Shown here: in pieces, positions 19,105 to 27,970 of the stretch | Numbering within the stretch: position 1 is the first letter of the stretch | Layout of the letters: every line of letters starts with the position of its first letter | Assembly (NCBI GenBank): GCA_036381175.1 | Contig: DASVDI010000015.1 | Span: 14,980-78,979 of the forward strand | DNA from: Gammaproteobacteria bacterium | GTDB taxonomy: Bacteria > Pseudomonadota > Gammaproteobacteria > Natronospirales > JAJUFS01 | Direction of reading: 5' to 3' | Length of the DNA stretch: 64,000 nt | Notes under the pieces: generated by a model | Database searches by the model: none | Seen by the model: the letters and a program-made list of their open reading frames with translations, nothing else | What the model was told of the DNA's origin: nothing | Translations under genes and position numbers: made by a program

Positions 19105-20703
19105 TTACAGGTTTTGATAATTCGGTCCGGAACCACCCTCAGGCGTAGTCCAGGTAATGATGGCGTACGGATCCTTGATGTCACACGCCTTGCAATGCAC
19201 GCAGTTCGCGGCGTTGATCTGCAACTGTCGCTTGCCGTCGATCTCGATCATTTCGTACACGCCGGCAGGACAGAAACGTTCACAAGGGTTGCCGTATTCT
19301 TCCGTGCAGCGATCCACGCAGATATTCGTGTCGTGCACTTTGAGATGCGCGGGCTGGTTCTCGTCGTGCGAGGTTGCCGCGAAATAAACCGATGCGAGCC
19401 TGTCCTTCGGCGGCAATTCGCGCGGACCAAACGCCTGCGGAATCTCGCCGGCATTCGCGCGCAACTCCATTTTTTTCCAGTCGTCCTTGTCGTTCTTCAG
19501 CGTCCAGGGCGTGTGTCCGGCGGTCACTGTTTCGAACGCCGCGTTTGCAAGCCCCAGCCACAAGCCTTTCTTGAAGCCCGGCGCGATGTTGCGCACCTTG
19601 TGCAATTCCTTCGCGGAATCCGATGCGCGCCACGCGGCATCGAAGCCTTCCGCCTTGCCGTGTTCGGCGTAATGATCCGCGGCGAGCATGCCGGAACGTA
19701 TCGCCATGTGCATGCCCTTGATCTTCGCGAAGTTCAGCTTGCCCGCCGCATCGCCGATCAATATCGCGCCCGGCATTTCAAGTGTGGGCAAGGATTGAAT
19801 GCCGCCTTTCACCACCGTGCGCGCGCCGGCGGAAATGATTTCGCCGCCTTCCAGCAGTTTTTTCACCGAGGGATGATTCTTGAATTGCTGGAACGCCTCG
19901 AAGGGCTTGAAATCCGGATGCGCGTAATCAAGCCCCGCGATGTAACCGACATACACGCGATCTTCATCGAGATGGTAGAGAAACGAACCGCCGTAGGTGT
20001 CCGGTGCGAGCGGCCAGCCAAGCGAGTGCTGGATCAGGCCTGCCTTCGCGCGGCCTTCCGGCAACTGCCAGAGCTCCTTGAAACCGAGCGCGTAACTTTG
20101 CGGAGCAGAATCCGCATCGAGCGCGAAACTCGCGATCAACTGTTTTGAAACCGAACCGCGGCAGCCTTCACCGAGCACGGTGAGATTCGCGCGAATATCG
20201 ACGCCCGGCGCGTAGTTCGGTCCGGGACTGCCATCCTTTTCCACGCCCATGTCGCCGCAGCGAACGCCGACGACGCGATTGTTTTCGATCAACGGCGCTG
20301 CCGCCGGAAAGCCGGGGAAGACATCGACGCCTTCGGCTTCGGCTTTTTCCGCCAGTTTCTGGCAGAGGCTGCCGAGCGAGATGATGTAGTTGCCGTGGTT
20401 GTTCTGTTGCGGCGGCGTCGGCAGCTTTACGCGGCCTTTTTCGGTGAGCAGCAGGAATTCGTCTTTCTTCGCGGGAACACAGATGGCGGGCGGGTTCTCC
20501 TGCCACTCGGGCCAGAGTTCTGCGAGCGCGTCGGCCTGCAGCACGCAGCCGGAGAGAATGTTCGCGCCGACCTCCGCGCCTTTCTCGAGAACGCAGACGT
20601 TCAGCTCGGATTTTTTCTGCTTGAGACGGATGGCGCATGCGAGACCCGCAGGACCCGCGCCCACGACGACGACGTCGTATTCCATCGTTTCCCGTTCTGT
20701 CAT
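19105..20703 (-). CDS. ETF-ubiquinone oxidoreductase
   Basis: DVVVVGAGPAGL FAD motif, KIKGMH.A..SG, C-terminal CPAGVYE...CVHCKACDIKDP [4Fe-4S] motif. Confidence 0.96.
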   Translation of the reverse strand: MTERETMEYDVVVVGAGPAGLACAIRLKQKKSELNVCVLEKGAEVGANILSGCVLQADALAELWPEWQENPPAICVPAKKDEFLLLTEKGRVKLPTPPQQNNHGNYIISLGSLCQKLAEKAEAEGVDVFPGFPAAAPLIENNRVVGVRCGDMGVEKDGSPGPNYAPGVDIRANLTVLGEGCRGSVSKQLIASFALDADSAPQSYALGFKELWQLPEGRAKAGLIQHSLGWPLAPDTYGGSFLYHLDEDRVYVGYIAGLDYAHPDFKPFEAFQQFKNHPSVKKLLEGGEIISAGARTVVKGGIQSLPTLEMPGAILIGDAAGKLNFAKIKGMHMAIRSGMLAADHYAEHGKAEGFDAAWRASDSAKELHKVRNIAPGFKKGLWLGLANAAFETVTAGHTPWTLKNDKDDWKKMELRANAGEIPQAFGPRELPPKDRLASVYFAATSHDENQPAHLKVHDTNICVDRCTEEYGNPCERFCPAGVYEMIEIDGKRQLQINAANCVHCKACDIKDPYAIITWTTPEGGSGPNYQNL

Positions 20704-20722
20704 GAGGCGTTTCGCTTTTCAG

Positions 20723-20758
20723 AAAATCGCAGCCCCCGGTGAACGGGGGCTGCGGTTT
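20723..20758 (-). terminator. Intrinsic terminator after the M16 pair
   Basis: cgcagccccc-ggtgaac-gggggctgcg hairpin with a T-run on the minus strand. Confidence 0.7.
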
Positions 20759-20824
20759 GGCCGAGCGGCCATTTTAACGGATTCCCGGATGTTGCGCTTG
20801 CGGCGCAATCTCGTGGTCAGGCAA

Positions 20825-22237
20825 TCATTTGAGATCGCCTTCGCGAATCCAGTCGAGTTCCTGGAGCTGCGGTTTCACCGTTTCCAGGTCGCCGACCACG
20901 ACCAGGGTCAGGTCATCGATGGGCAGGTATTCGCGCGCCATCGCGCTGACCGTCTCGGGCGTCACCGCGTTGATGCGCTGCACGAGCGTCGACAAATAAT
21001 CCTCGGAAAGACCATGCAGCTCGATGTTGCGCAACTGGCCGATGATGCTGCCGCGGCTGGAATTCTGCAGCACGAACACGCCGGAGAGATAGTTCTTGAT
21101 GCCGTCCAGTTCCGCTTCCGGCGGCGGCTCTTTCTGCAGGCGCTGTATTTCCTTGAGGATTTCGTGGATGGAATCCGCCGTGTGCGCGGTCGTGACATCC
21201 GCGTACTCCGCCCAGGTCGCCACGCGGTAGTTGTCCTGCAGCGTGCTTCGCGGCGAGTAGGTGTAGCCCTTGTCCTCGCGGATGTTCGAGGTGATGCGCG
21301 AGCCGAACGAGCCGCCGAGCAGGGCGTTCATCACTTGCAGCGGCACGAAATCCGGATGGCTGGGATCAACCACCGGCAGGCCGAGGATGAGCGTGGATTG
21401 CGGCGCGCCCGGGCGATCGACAAGGATCACGCGATGTTCGGGCGTTGATTCCGGCACGTTCACCAGGACTTCCGGACCCGGTTTCCAGTCGCCGAATGCC
21501 TCGCGAATCGCTTCGCGCACGGCGGCCTCGTCGAACACACCGGCCACGTAGACGTGCGTGCGTTTTGCGCCGAATTCCTGTTCGTGGAATTCGCGCGCGT
21601 CCGCCGCCGTGTAGCCCTGCAATTGTTCGGCTGACGGGAAAATATCGCCGTAGGGATGCTTGCCGTACGTGCTTTCCGAAAATGCTTCCTGCGCCGTTGC
21701 CTGCGGCTGGCTTTGCATTACGTCCAGTTGCCGCAGGAGATCCCCGCGGATGCGCTCGGCTTCGGATTCCGGGAACGCGGGCGAACGCGTGATTTCCGCG
21801 AGCAGCTTGATGAGGTCGGGTGCGAATTCCGCCAGCACGTCGCCGCCGATGACGGTTTCATCAACGCCGGTGCTGACGAAAATCTCGCCGCCCATCGCGG
21901 CCACGGCTCCGGCAATTTCCTGCGCGCTGCGATTTACCGTGCCTTCCTGCAGCAATGCGGAGGTGAAATCCGCCAGCCAGCGTTTTTCGCCTTCATTGAG
22001 ATTGCCGGTACGAACCGCGACTTGCACGGTGACTTTCGGCAGGCTGCCGTAAGGCACGAGTGTGGCTTCGAGACCGTTGTCGAGCTGCATTTCCATCGTC
22101 TCGGGCAGCGTGAACGGTTTCGGCGGCGCGGGCTCGGGTGGCTCGGCTGCTGTGGCCGCCGTGGCGGCTTGCGCAAGGCCGAGGCCTGCCAGCAGGACGA
22201 TCAGGCGGAAAGGTGAGTTGAAGGTTTTCATGATCAC
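20825..22237 (-). CDS. M16 (pitrilysin-family) peptidase, non-catalytic subunit, exported
   Basis: Signal peptide; LDNGL; lacks HXXEH; LLGGSFGSRITSNIREDKGYTY. Confidence 0.88.
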   Translation of the reverse strand: MIMKTFNSPFRLIVLLAGLGLAQAATAATAAEPPEPAPPKPFTLPETMEMQLDNGLEATLVPYGSLPKVTVQVAVRTGNLNEGEKRWLADFTSALLQEGTVNRSAQEIAGAVAAMGGEIFVSTGVDETVIGGDVLAEFAPDLIKLLAEITRSPAFPESEAERIRGDLLRQLDVMQSQPQATAQEAFSESTYGKHPYGDIFPSAEQLQGYTAADAREFHEQEFGAKRTHVYVAGVFDEAAVREAIREAFGDWKPGPEVLVNVPESTPEHRVILVDRPGAPQSTLILGLPVVDPSHPDFVPLQVMNALLGGSFGSRITSNIREDKGYTYSPRSTLQDNYRVATWAEYADVTTAHTADSIHEILKEIQRLQKEPPPEAELDGIKNYLSGVFVLQNSSRGSIIGQLRNIELHGLSEDYLSTLVQRINAVTPETVSAMAREYLPIDDLTLVVVGDLETVKPQLQELDWIREGDLK

Positions 22238-23664
22238 TCTCCCTTCTCGCTTGAAGCGGCTTCAGGATTCTGATCCTGCACGAGCTTCAAGACGGTGCGA
22301 TTGGTTGGCCGCAGGTATTCCTGCGCGGTCTTCTGGATCAGCGCGGGTGTGACTTCACGGAACTCGGCTTCGAGTTCGTTGATGCGCGCCGGGTTGTCGT
22401 CGAACAGCGCGAACGCGGCGAGCAGGTCCGCGCGCCCGAAGCCGTAAAAACCGCCGAGCGTGTCATAAAGGCTGGAGCGCATTTTCACCAGCGCGCGATC
22501 CAGTGTTTCCTGGTCGACCGGTTCGGTGCGTAACTTCTCGATGACTTCGTTTGTCGCTGTCATGATCGCTTCGGGATCGACGTCGGCGTCGTGAATCAAT
22601 GAAGCCGTCCACAGCATCGGGCCGTTGTAATTGAACATGTTGCCGAGCAGGTTGATGCCGCCCGAAACCTCGGCGGTGTAGCCTTTTTCCTGCACGAGTT
22701 TCTGCACCAGCAGCGCATCGTCACCCTGCAACAGGATCTGATCGATCAGCCCCATGGCGTAATATTCCGGCGTGTTGCGTTCGGGCATGTGGTAGGAAAA
22801 GGCGAGCGCGGGACGATTGATGAGCGGGTCTTCACGCACCGCGATTTTTTCTTCCGTCTGCTTCGGTTCGGAAATGTCAGGAATCGGCGGCACGTCGGCG
22901 GAAGGAATGTCGCCAAAATATTTTTTTATCCACGCCAGCGTCTGCGCGGGATCGACATCGCCGGTGACGACAACAACCGCGTTGTTCGGCGCGTAGTAGG
23001 TGTCGAAGAAATCCTGCACGTCGTCGAGCGTGGCGGCGTCGAGATCGTCCAGCTCGCCGTAGAAATTATGCGCGTTGTACCAGTTCACGTTCGCGTACTG
23101 CGGCATCCACAGCCACGGAAAACCGCCATAAGGCTGGTTCAGCACGTTCACGCGAACTTCGTTCTTCACCACGCCTTGCTGGTTGGTGAGATTTGCCTGC
23201 GTGATGTCGAGGCCGCTCATGCGATCGGCTTCCGCCCACAGCATGGTTTCGAGCGTGTTCGCGGGAACGATTTCGAAATAATTCGTGAAGTCGAAGCGGG
23301 TGGAACCGTTGAGCACGCCGCCGTTGCGCTGGATCAGTTTCACGAATTCCATCTTGCCGAGATTCTCGGAGCCCTGGAACATCATGTGCTCGAACAAATG
23401 CGCGAAGCCGGTGCGGTTGCGCGGCTCGATGCGGAAACCGATGTTGTAGTAGACCGCGACGGTCGCAATCGGCGCCGTGTGATCTTCGGAGATGACGACC
23501 TTCAGGCCGTTGTCGAGCGTGTGGTATTCGACGGGAACGGAAAAGCCGGCGGGAACACCGGTTTTCTCCGTGGTGGTTGTCGCGGTTGTGTCCGCCGGGC
23601 CGCTGCATGCAGCGACGAAAAACAGCGATACGGACAGGGCCGCGCCACGTAGCAGTGTGCGCAT
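22234..23664 (-). CDS. M16 zinc peptidase, catalytic subunit (lipoprotein)
   Basis: GFAHLFEHMMF (HXXEH), NGSTRFD.TNY, VVKNE; VAAC lipobox; start set at MRTLLRG. Confidence 0.92.
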   Translation of the reverse strand: MRTLLRGAALSVSLFFVAACSGPADTTATTTTEKTGVPAGFSVPVEYHTLDNGLKVVISEDHTAPIATVAVYYNIGFRIEPRNRTGFAHLFEHMMFQGSENLGKMEFVKLIQRNGGVLNGSTRFDFTNYFEIVPANTLETMLWAEADRMSGLDITQANLTNQQGVVKNEVRVNVLNQPYGGFPWLWMPQYANVNWYNAHNFYGELDDLDAATLDDVQDFFDTYYAPNNAVVVVTGDVDPAQTLAWIKKYFGDIPSADVPPIPDISEPKQTEEKIAVREDPLINRPALAFSYHMPERNTPEYYAMGLIDQILLQGDDALLVQKLVQEKGYTAEVSGGINLLGNMFNYNGPMLWTASLIHDADVDPEAIMTATNEVIEKLRTEPVDQETLDRALVKMRSSLYDTLGGFYGFGRADLLAAFALFDDNPARINELEAEFREVTPALIQKTAQEYLRPTNRTVLKLVQDQNPEAASSEKGE

Positions 23665-23868
23665 GGTGTTTCCCCTTTTGTTGTTGAGGTTCGCTGCTTG
23701 GAGCCCCGTCACCCCGACGAGTTCCCCGGTCAGCGTTTGGCTAGCGTGTGGCCAAGGTTGGCCAGCGATCGAATTTACCGGTTCAGGCGATGGATGCAAG
23801 GGGAAAAAGAAACACGAAGATAGTTTTGAGAGTTTCCAGACGCTTATTTAATGACAGGTGGTAACAAT

Positions 23869-23894
23869 AAAAAACGCCCCGTGAACGGGGCGTT
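23869..23894 (-). terminator. Intrinsic terminator
   Basis: aacgcccc-gtgaac-ggggcgtt with a T-run on the minus strand. Confidence 0.75.
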
Positions 23895-23911
23895 GTCGAA
23901 GGTAAGGAGGC

Positions 23912-24046
23912 GGTTATTTCGGCTGCATCCGGATCGCGCCCGAAAATAAACAGCGAAGCACTTGCGCTCCCTCTCCCCGCTGGGGAGAGGGCCGGGGTGA
24001 GGGGGAATACGCGAGAAGGTTATTTCGGCTGCATGCGAATCGCGCC
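23912..24046 (-). repeat. 29 bp direct repeat of the SDR gene 3' end (23912-23940, 24018-24046) flanking a 77 bp insert with a REP-like palindrome
   Basis: ggttatttcggctgcatccggatcgcgcc vs ggttatttcggctgcatgcgaatcgcgcc; insert contains ccctctccccgctggggagaggg. Confidence 0.88.
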
Positions 24047-24787
24047 ATCCAGCCGGATCGTCTCGCCATTGATCATGGTGTTCTCGTAAACGGACGCGAC
24101 AAGTTGCGCGTATTCCTCGGGCTTTCCAAGGCGTGACGGGAACGGCACCTGCTTGCCGAGCGATTCCTGGATTTCCGGCGGCATGCCTTCCATCATCGGC
24201 GTCCAGAAAATGCCGGGCGCGATGGCGACAACGCGCACACCGATGCGTGCGAACTCGCGCGCCATCGGCAAGGTCATGGCGACAACACCGCCTTTCGATG
24301 CCGAATACGCCGCCTGGCCGATCTGGCCTTCGAACGCGGCAACGGACGCTGTATTGATAATGAGTCCGCGCTGGCCGTCGGCGTCGGCATCATTGGATTC
24401 CATCGCGGCGGCGGCGGCCTTGCCGAGATTGAAGCTGCCGAGCAGGTTCACGTGCAGCACTTTCGCGAAGAAATCGCTCGCCATCGGGCCTTGCTTGCCG
24501 AGCACGCGGCCGGCGCCGAGGATGCCCGCGCAATTCACCGCGAGCGTGAGGCCGCCGAAAGCCGACTTCGCTTTTTCGACAGCGGCATTCACCTCGGCTT
24601 CGTTTGAGACATCCGTCCTGATGAACAGCGCGCGCTCGCCGAGTTTCTGTACGGCGGCCTTGCCGGCTTCATCGTTCACATCAAGCATCGCGACGTGCCC
24701 GCCGGCGTTCACCAGTCTTTCCGCCACGGCAAAACCGAGACCGGAAACTCCGCCGCTGACGATGGCCTTGGCGCTTTCAAATTTCAT
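24020..24787 (-). CDS. SDR oxidoreductase, 3-hydroxyacyl-CoA dehydrogenase type II (HSD10-like)
   Basis: SGGVSGLG, VNCAGI, NTASVAAFEGQIGQAAYSASKGG, NGETIRLDGAIRMQPK. Confidence 0.92.
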   Translation of the reverse strand: MKFESAKAIVSGGVSGLGFAVAERLVNAGGHVAMLDVNDEAGKAAVQKLGERALFIRTDVSNEAEVNAAVEKAKSAFGGLTLAVNCAGILGAGRVLGKQGPMASDFFAKVLHVNLLGSFNLGKAAAAAMESNDADADGQRGLIINTASVAAFEGQIGQAAYSASKGGVVAMTLPMAREFARIGVRVVAIAPGIFWTPMMEGMPPEIQESLGKQVPFPSRLGKPEEYAQLVASVYENTMINGETIRLDGAIRMQPK

Positions 24788-24810
24788 GTGCAACTCCTGG
24801 ACTTGATGAT

Positions 24811-24860
24811 GAAATCCCCCCGCTGCACGGCGTGCAGCGGCCCCCTTTTTCAAAGGGGGC
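24811..24860 (-). repeat. Half copy of the composite palindromic repeat seen at 39651 and 44262
   Basis: Reverse complement gccccctttgaaaaagggggccgctgcacgccgtgcagcggggggatttc. Confidence 0.75.
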
Positions 24861-24939
24861 CGCGTTGTTCTCGCCACATTCAACGGTGGAAGTTGTTCGT
24901 GATTATACGTGGCGCGCCCAGGCGCGACACGTCGTCCGC

Positions 24940-25833
24940 TCACGCCTGCCGGTCAACAACCCACGCGGCGAGCTCACGCAATATGTCAGCGCGCGCGCCG
25001 AAAACATCGAGCGCCGCGAGTGCTTCATCGGCCAGCGCCGCAAGCCGCCGGCGGGATTCCTCAACGCCGAGCAGCGCGGGAAACGTCGCCTTGCCGTGGA
25101 TGGAATCGCTGCCCGCGGTCTTGCCGAGGGTTTCGGTGTCGCTCTCCACATCCAGCAGATCGTCGCGAACCTGGAAGGCGAGCCCTACGCGCTCGCCGAA
25201 TCGCGCCAGTGCCTGCTTGCCTTCGGTATCGAGTTTCGGCGCGAGGGCTGCGCTCATCATCACGGCGGCTTCGAGCAGGCGGCCGGTTTTCAGTTGATGA
25301 ATGGTTTCCAACTCCGCGACATCGATGGCGCGGTTCTCCGCGGCAAGATCCATCGCCTGGCCACCCGTCATGCCGCGCGAACCGCCGGCTTTTGCGAGCA
25401 ATGCCACGAGTTCCAGGCGGCGTGCGGGCTCCGCGGGCAGGTCGCGATCGGTGGCGAGCATGTCGAAGGCCAGCATTTGCAGTGCATCGCCGACAAGAAT
25501 TGCCGTCGCCTCGTCGAACTGCCGGTGCGTGGTGGGCCGGCCGCGGCGCAGATCGTCATTGTCCATCGCCGGGAGATCGTCGTGCACCAGCGAATAACAA
25601 TGAATCAGCTCCACGGCGGCGGCGGGCGGGTCCAACTGGATCGCCGGTACGCTGAGCATCTCGCCGGTTGCGTAAACGAGCAGCGGCCGCAGGCGCTTGC
25701 CGCCGTTCAGCACGGAGTAGCGCACGGCCTCGTGCAGCCGGGCGGGGCGCTCGGTGGCGTGCGGCAGGCTGCGTTCGAGCTTGCGTTCCAGGCGTTCGCG
25801 CCAGGCATCCAGCTGTTCGGTGGTGCTTGTCAC
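24940..25833 (-). CDS. ispA: Farnesyl/geranylgeranyl diphosphate synthase
   Basis: GGKRLRP, SLVHDDLPAMDNDDLRRGRPT, GQAMDL, FQVRDDLLD; GTG start inferred. Confidence 0.92.
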   Translation of the reverse strand: MTSTTEQLDAWRERLERKLERSLPHATERPARLHEAVRYSVLNGGKRLRPLLVYATGEMLSVPAIQLDPPAAAVELIHCYSLVHDDLPAMDNDDLRRGRPTTHRQFDEATAILVGDALQMLAFDMLATDRDLPAEPARRLELVALLAKAGGSRGMTGGQAMDLAAENRAIDVAELETIHQLKTGRLLEAAVMMSAALAPKLDTEGKQALARFGERVGLAFQVRDDLLDVESDTETLGKTAGSDSIHGKATFPALLGVEESRRRLAALADEALAALDVFGARADILRELAAWVVDRQA

Positions 25834-25961
25834 TCTCGATCCTGTTCTTGAAAAGAGGGCGAAGCTTACCGGAAGGCATCCGGCCTGAACACGCTGAGAC
25901 GGCCGCGCGCTTGCGGTAGAATCGCGCTTTCGCGCACACGAATCGCAACAGGGAATCCCGC

Positions 25962-26948
25962 ATGCCTCCCCAGGCCGAAGCGACCGCACGGGCCAACATC
26001 GCCTTGATCAAGTACTGGGGCAAGCGCCGTCATGACGACGAGGTATCCCTGAATCTTCCTGCCGTGGGCTCGCTGTCGATCACCCTCGACGCGCTTTCAA
26101 CGCGCACGCGCATCCGCTTCGACAACTCGCTTGTAAAAGACAGCCTGCGCCTGAACGGCCGCGAAGACAGCACCGCGCGCCTGTCGCCGTTCCTCGATAT
26201 TTTCAGGCGACGTGCGGGACGTGAAATATTTGCAGCGGTCGAAAGTGACAACAATTTTCCGACCGGCGCGGGACTCGCCTCATCCGCCTCCGGTTTTGCC
26301 GCACTCGCCGCCGCCGCAACAGGCGCGCTGGAACTGCAAATGCCTGCCACGGAACTGTCCGCGCTCGCGAGACGCGGCTCTGGTTCCGCGGCGCGTTCGA
26401 TTTTCGGCGGATTCGTGGAATGGCACCGGGGCGAGCGCGAAGACGGCAGCGATTCTCACGCCGAACCCCTGGCGAATTCGGATCACTGGCCTTTGCGCGT
26501 GCTGATCGCGGTGACCGACGAAAGCCAGAAACCGGTTGGCTCCACCGACGGCATGACGCGCACGGAATTCACCTCGCCATATTTCGACGCCTGGGTTGAA
26601 GGCCAGGAAAACGATCTTGCCGATGCGCGCGCCGCGATTCTCGCGCGCGATTTCGAAAAGCTCGCGGATGTGAGCGAGTTTTCCTGTCTGAAGATGCATG
26701 CGTCGGCAATCGCCGCGCGCCCCGGTGTTGTCTACTGGAACGGTGCGACGGTGGATGCATTGAACGCCGTGCGCGCCTTGCGCGCGAAAGGTGTTCCGGT
26801 GTTTTTCACCATCGACGCCGGCCCGCAAGTGAAAGCGGTTTGTCTTCCGGAAGCGGAAGTTGCCGTGCGTGAAACACTGGCGGCGGTGAGCGGCGTGAAA
26901 CGTGTCATCGCGAGCGGACTTGGCAATGGAGTGGAGGTGAAGGTTTGA
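25962..26948 (+). CDS. mvaD: Diphosphomevalonate decarboxylase
   Basis: ANIALIKYWGK, PTGAGLASSASGFAAL, RRGSGSAARS, TIDAGPQV. Confidence 0.95.
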   Translation: MPPQAEATARANIALIKYWGKRRHDDEVSLNLPAVGSLSITLDALSTRTRIRFDNSLVKDSLRLNGREDSTARLSPFLDIFRRRAGREIFAAVESDNNFPTGAGLASSASGFAALAAAATGALELQMPATELSALARRGSGSAARSIFGGFVEWHRGEREDGSDSHAEPLANSDHWPLRVLIAVTDESQKPVGSTDGMTRTEFTSPYFDAWVEGQENDLADARAAILARDFEKLADVSEFSCLKMHASAIAARPGVVYWNGATVDALNAVRALRAKGVPVFFTIDAGPQVKAVCLPEAEVAVRETLAAVSGVKRVIASGLGNGVEVKV

Positions 26949-27970
26949 AAACGATTACGGCGTCCGCGCCCGGAAAATTGTTCATCACTGGCGAGTACGC
27001 CGTGCTGGATCGCGCGCCTGCCTTGCTCGCGGCGGTGAATGTGCGCGCGGTGTGCAAGCTGCATCCCGCGATCGGCGATGCCTGGCGCATCGTCACGCCG
27101 CCGCTGTCGTCGTCGCCCGCGGTGTTTCGCATTGTCGATGACCTGCCGGAATGGGAAGACGAACCGGTCGCCTTGTTTGATGCCGCGTGGCGCGCGTTGA
27201 GCGAAGCGCAGCGCGCCGAGCTCGCGAAATCCGCGTGGAATATTTCGCTGGATACGTCGGCATTTTTCCTGAAAGAGAAAAAACTCGGCCTCGGTTCCAG
27301 CGCCGCCGCGCTCGCGGCATTGACCGGTGCGTTGTGGGCGGCGGTCGGCGAGCTGCCAGATGAAGCGAGCGCATTCGACGCGCTGAAAACTGCGCACACC
27401 GCCTGGCAAGGCGGCGGCAGCGGCGCGGACCTCGCGGTCACGCTCGCCGGCGGCAACATTCTTTACCGGCGCGATCCGCGCATCGCAGCGCCTGTTGCAT
27501 TGCCGGATGCGCTCGACATCCTGCCCGTGTGGAGCGGCAAGCCGGCGTCGACCGGCGAATTTCTGCGCCGGCTTGCGGATTTCCAGCAGAAGGATCCCGA
27601 GCGCTTCCGCGAGCGTTTCGCGGTGCTGGAGCAGGAAGCCGAGGAGGCCGCGATCGCGGCGAGCACCGGCGATTCGGTCGCGTTCCTTGAAGCCTTCGAT
27701 GACTGCGGTGCTGCATTGCGCGCGCTCGGTGAGGCCGCGGAGCTGCCGATCTGGAGCGAGGATCACGAGCGGATCGGCGAGATCGTTCGCGCCGAGGGCG
27801 GCTGCTACAAACCGAGCGGCGCGGGCGGCGGCGACATCGGCATCAGCGTGATCCGTTCAGGCGACGAGGAGACAGCAGAAAGGGTAAAATCCCGGCTTTC
27901 GTCAGCGGGTTACAGCATCCTGCCGCTCTGTTTCGGCGCGCGTGGCCTGCATGTTTCAAAGAGTACGTAA
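26945..27970 (+). CDS. Phosphomevalonate kinase (GHMP family)
   Basis: SAPGKLFITGEYAVL, KLGLGSSAA, GSGADLA, KPSGAGGGD; position in the MVA operon; TTG start overlapping the mvaD stop. Confidence 0.85.
   Translation: MKTITASAPGKLFITGEYAVLDRAPALLAAVNVRAVCKLHPAIGDAWRIVTPPLSSSPAVFRIVDDLPEWEDEPVALFDAAWRALSEAQRAELAKSAWNISLDTSAFFLKEKKLGLGSSAAALAALTGALWAAVGELPDEASAFDALKTAHTAWQGGGSGADLAVTLAGGNILYRRDPRIAAPVALPDALDILPVWSGKPASTGEFLRRLADFQQKDPERFRERFAVLEQEAEEAAIAASTGDSVAFLEAFDDCGAALRALGEAAELPIWSEDHERIGEIVRAEGGCYKPSGAGGGDIGISVIRSGDEETAERVKSRLSSAGYSILPLCFGARGLHVSKST

Noticed and set aside
20825-23799. M16 active/inactive pair as a novel system; long N-terminal ORF extension
   Set aside because: Heterodimeric M16B peptidases are well known; the extension upstream of 23664 lacks support because the signal peptide and RBS fit 23664.
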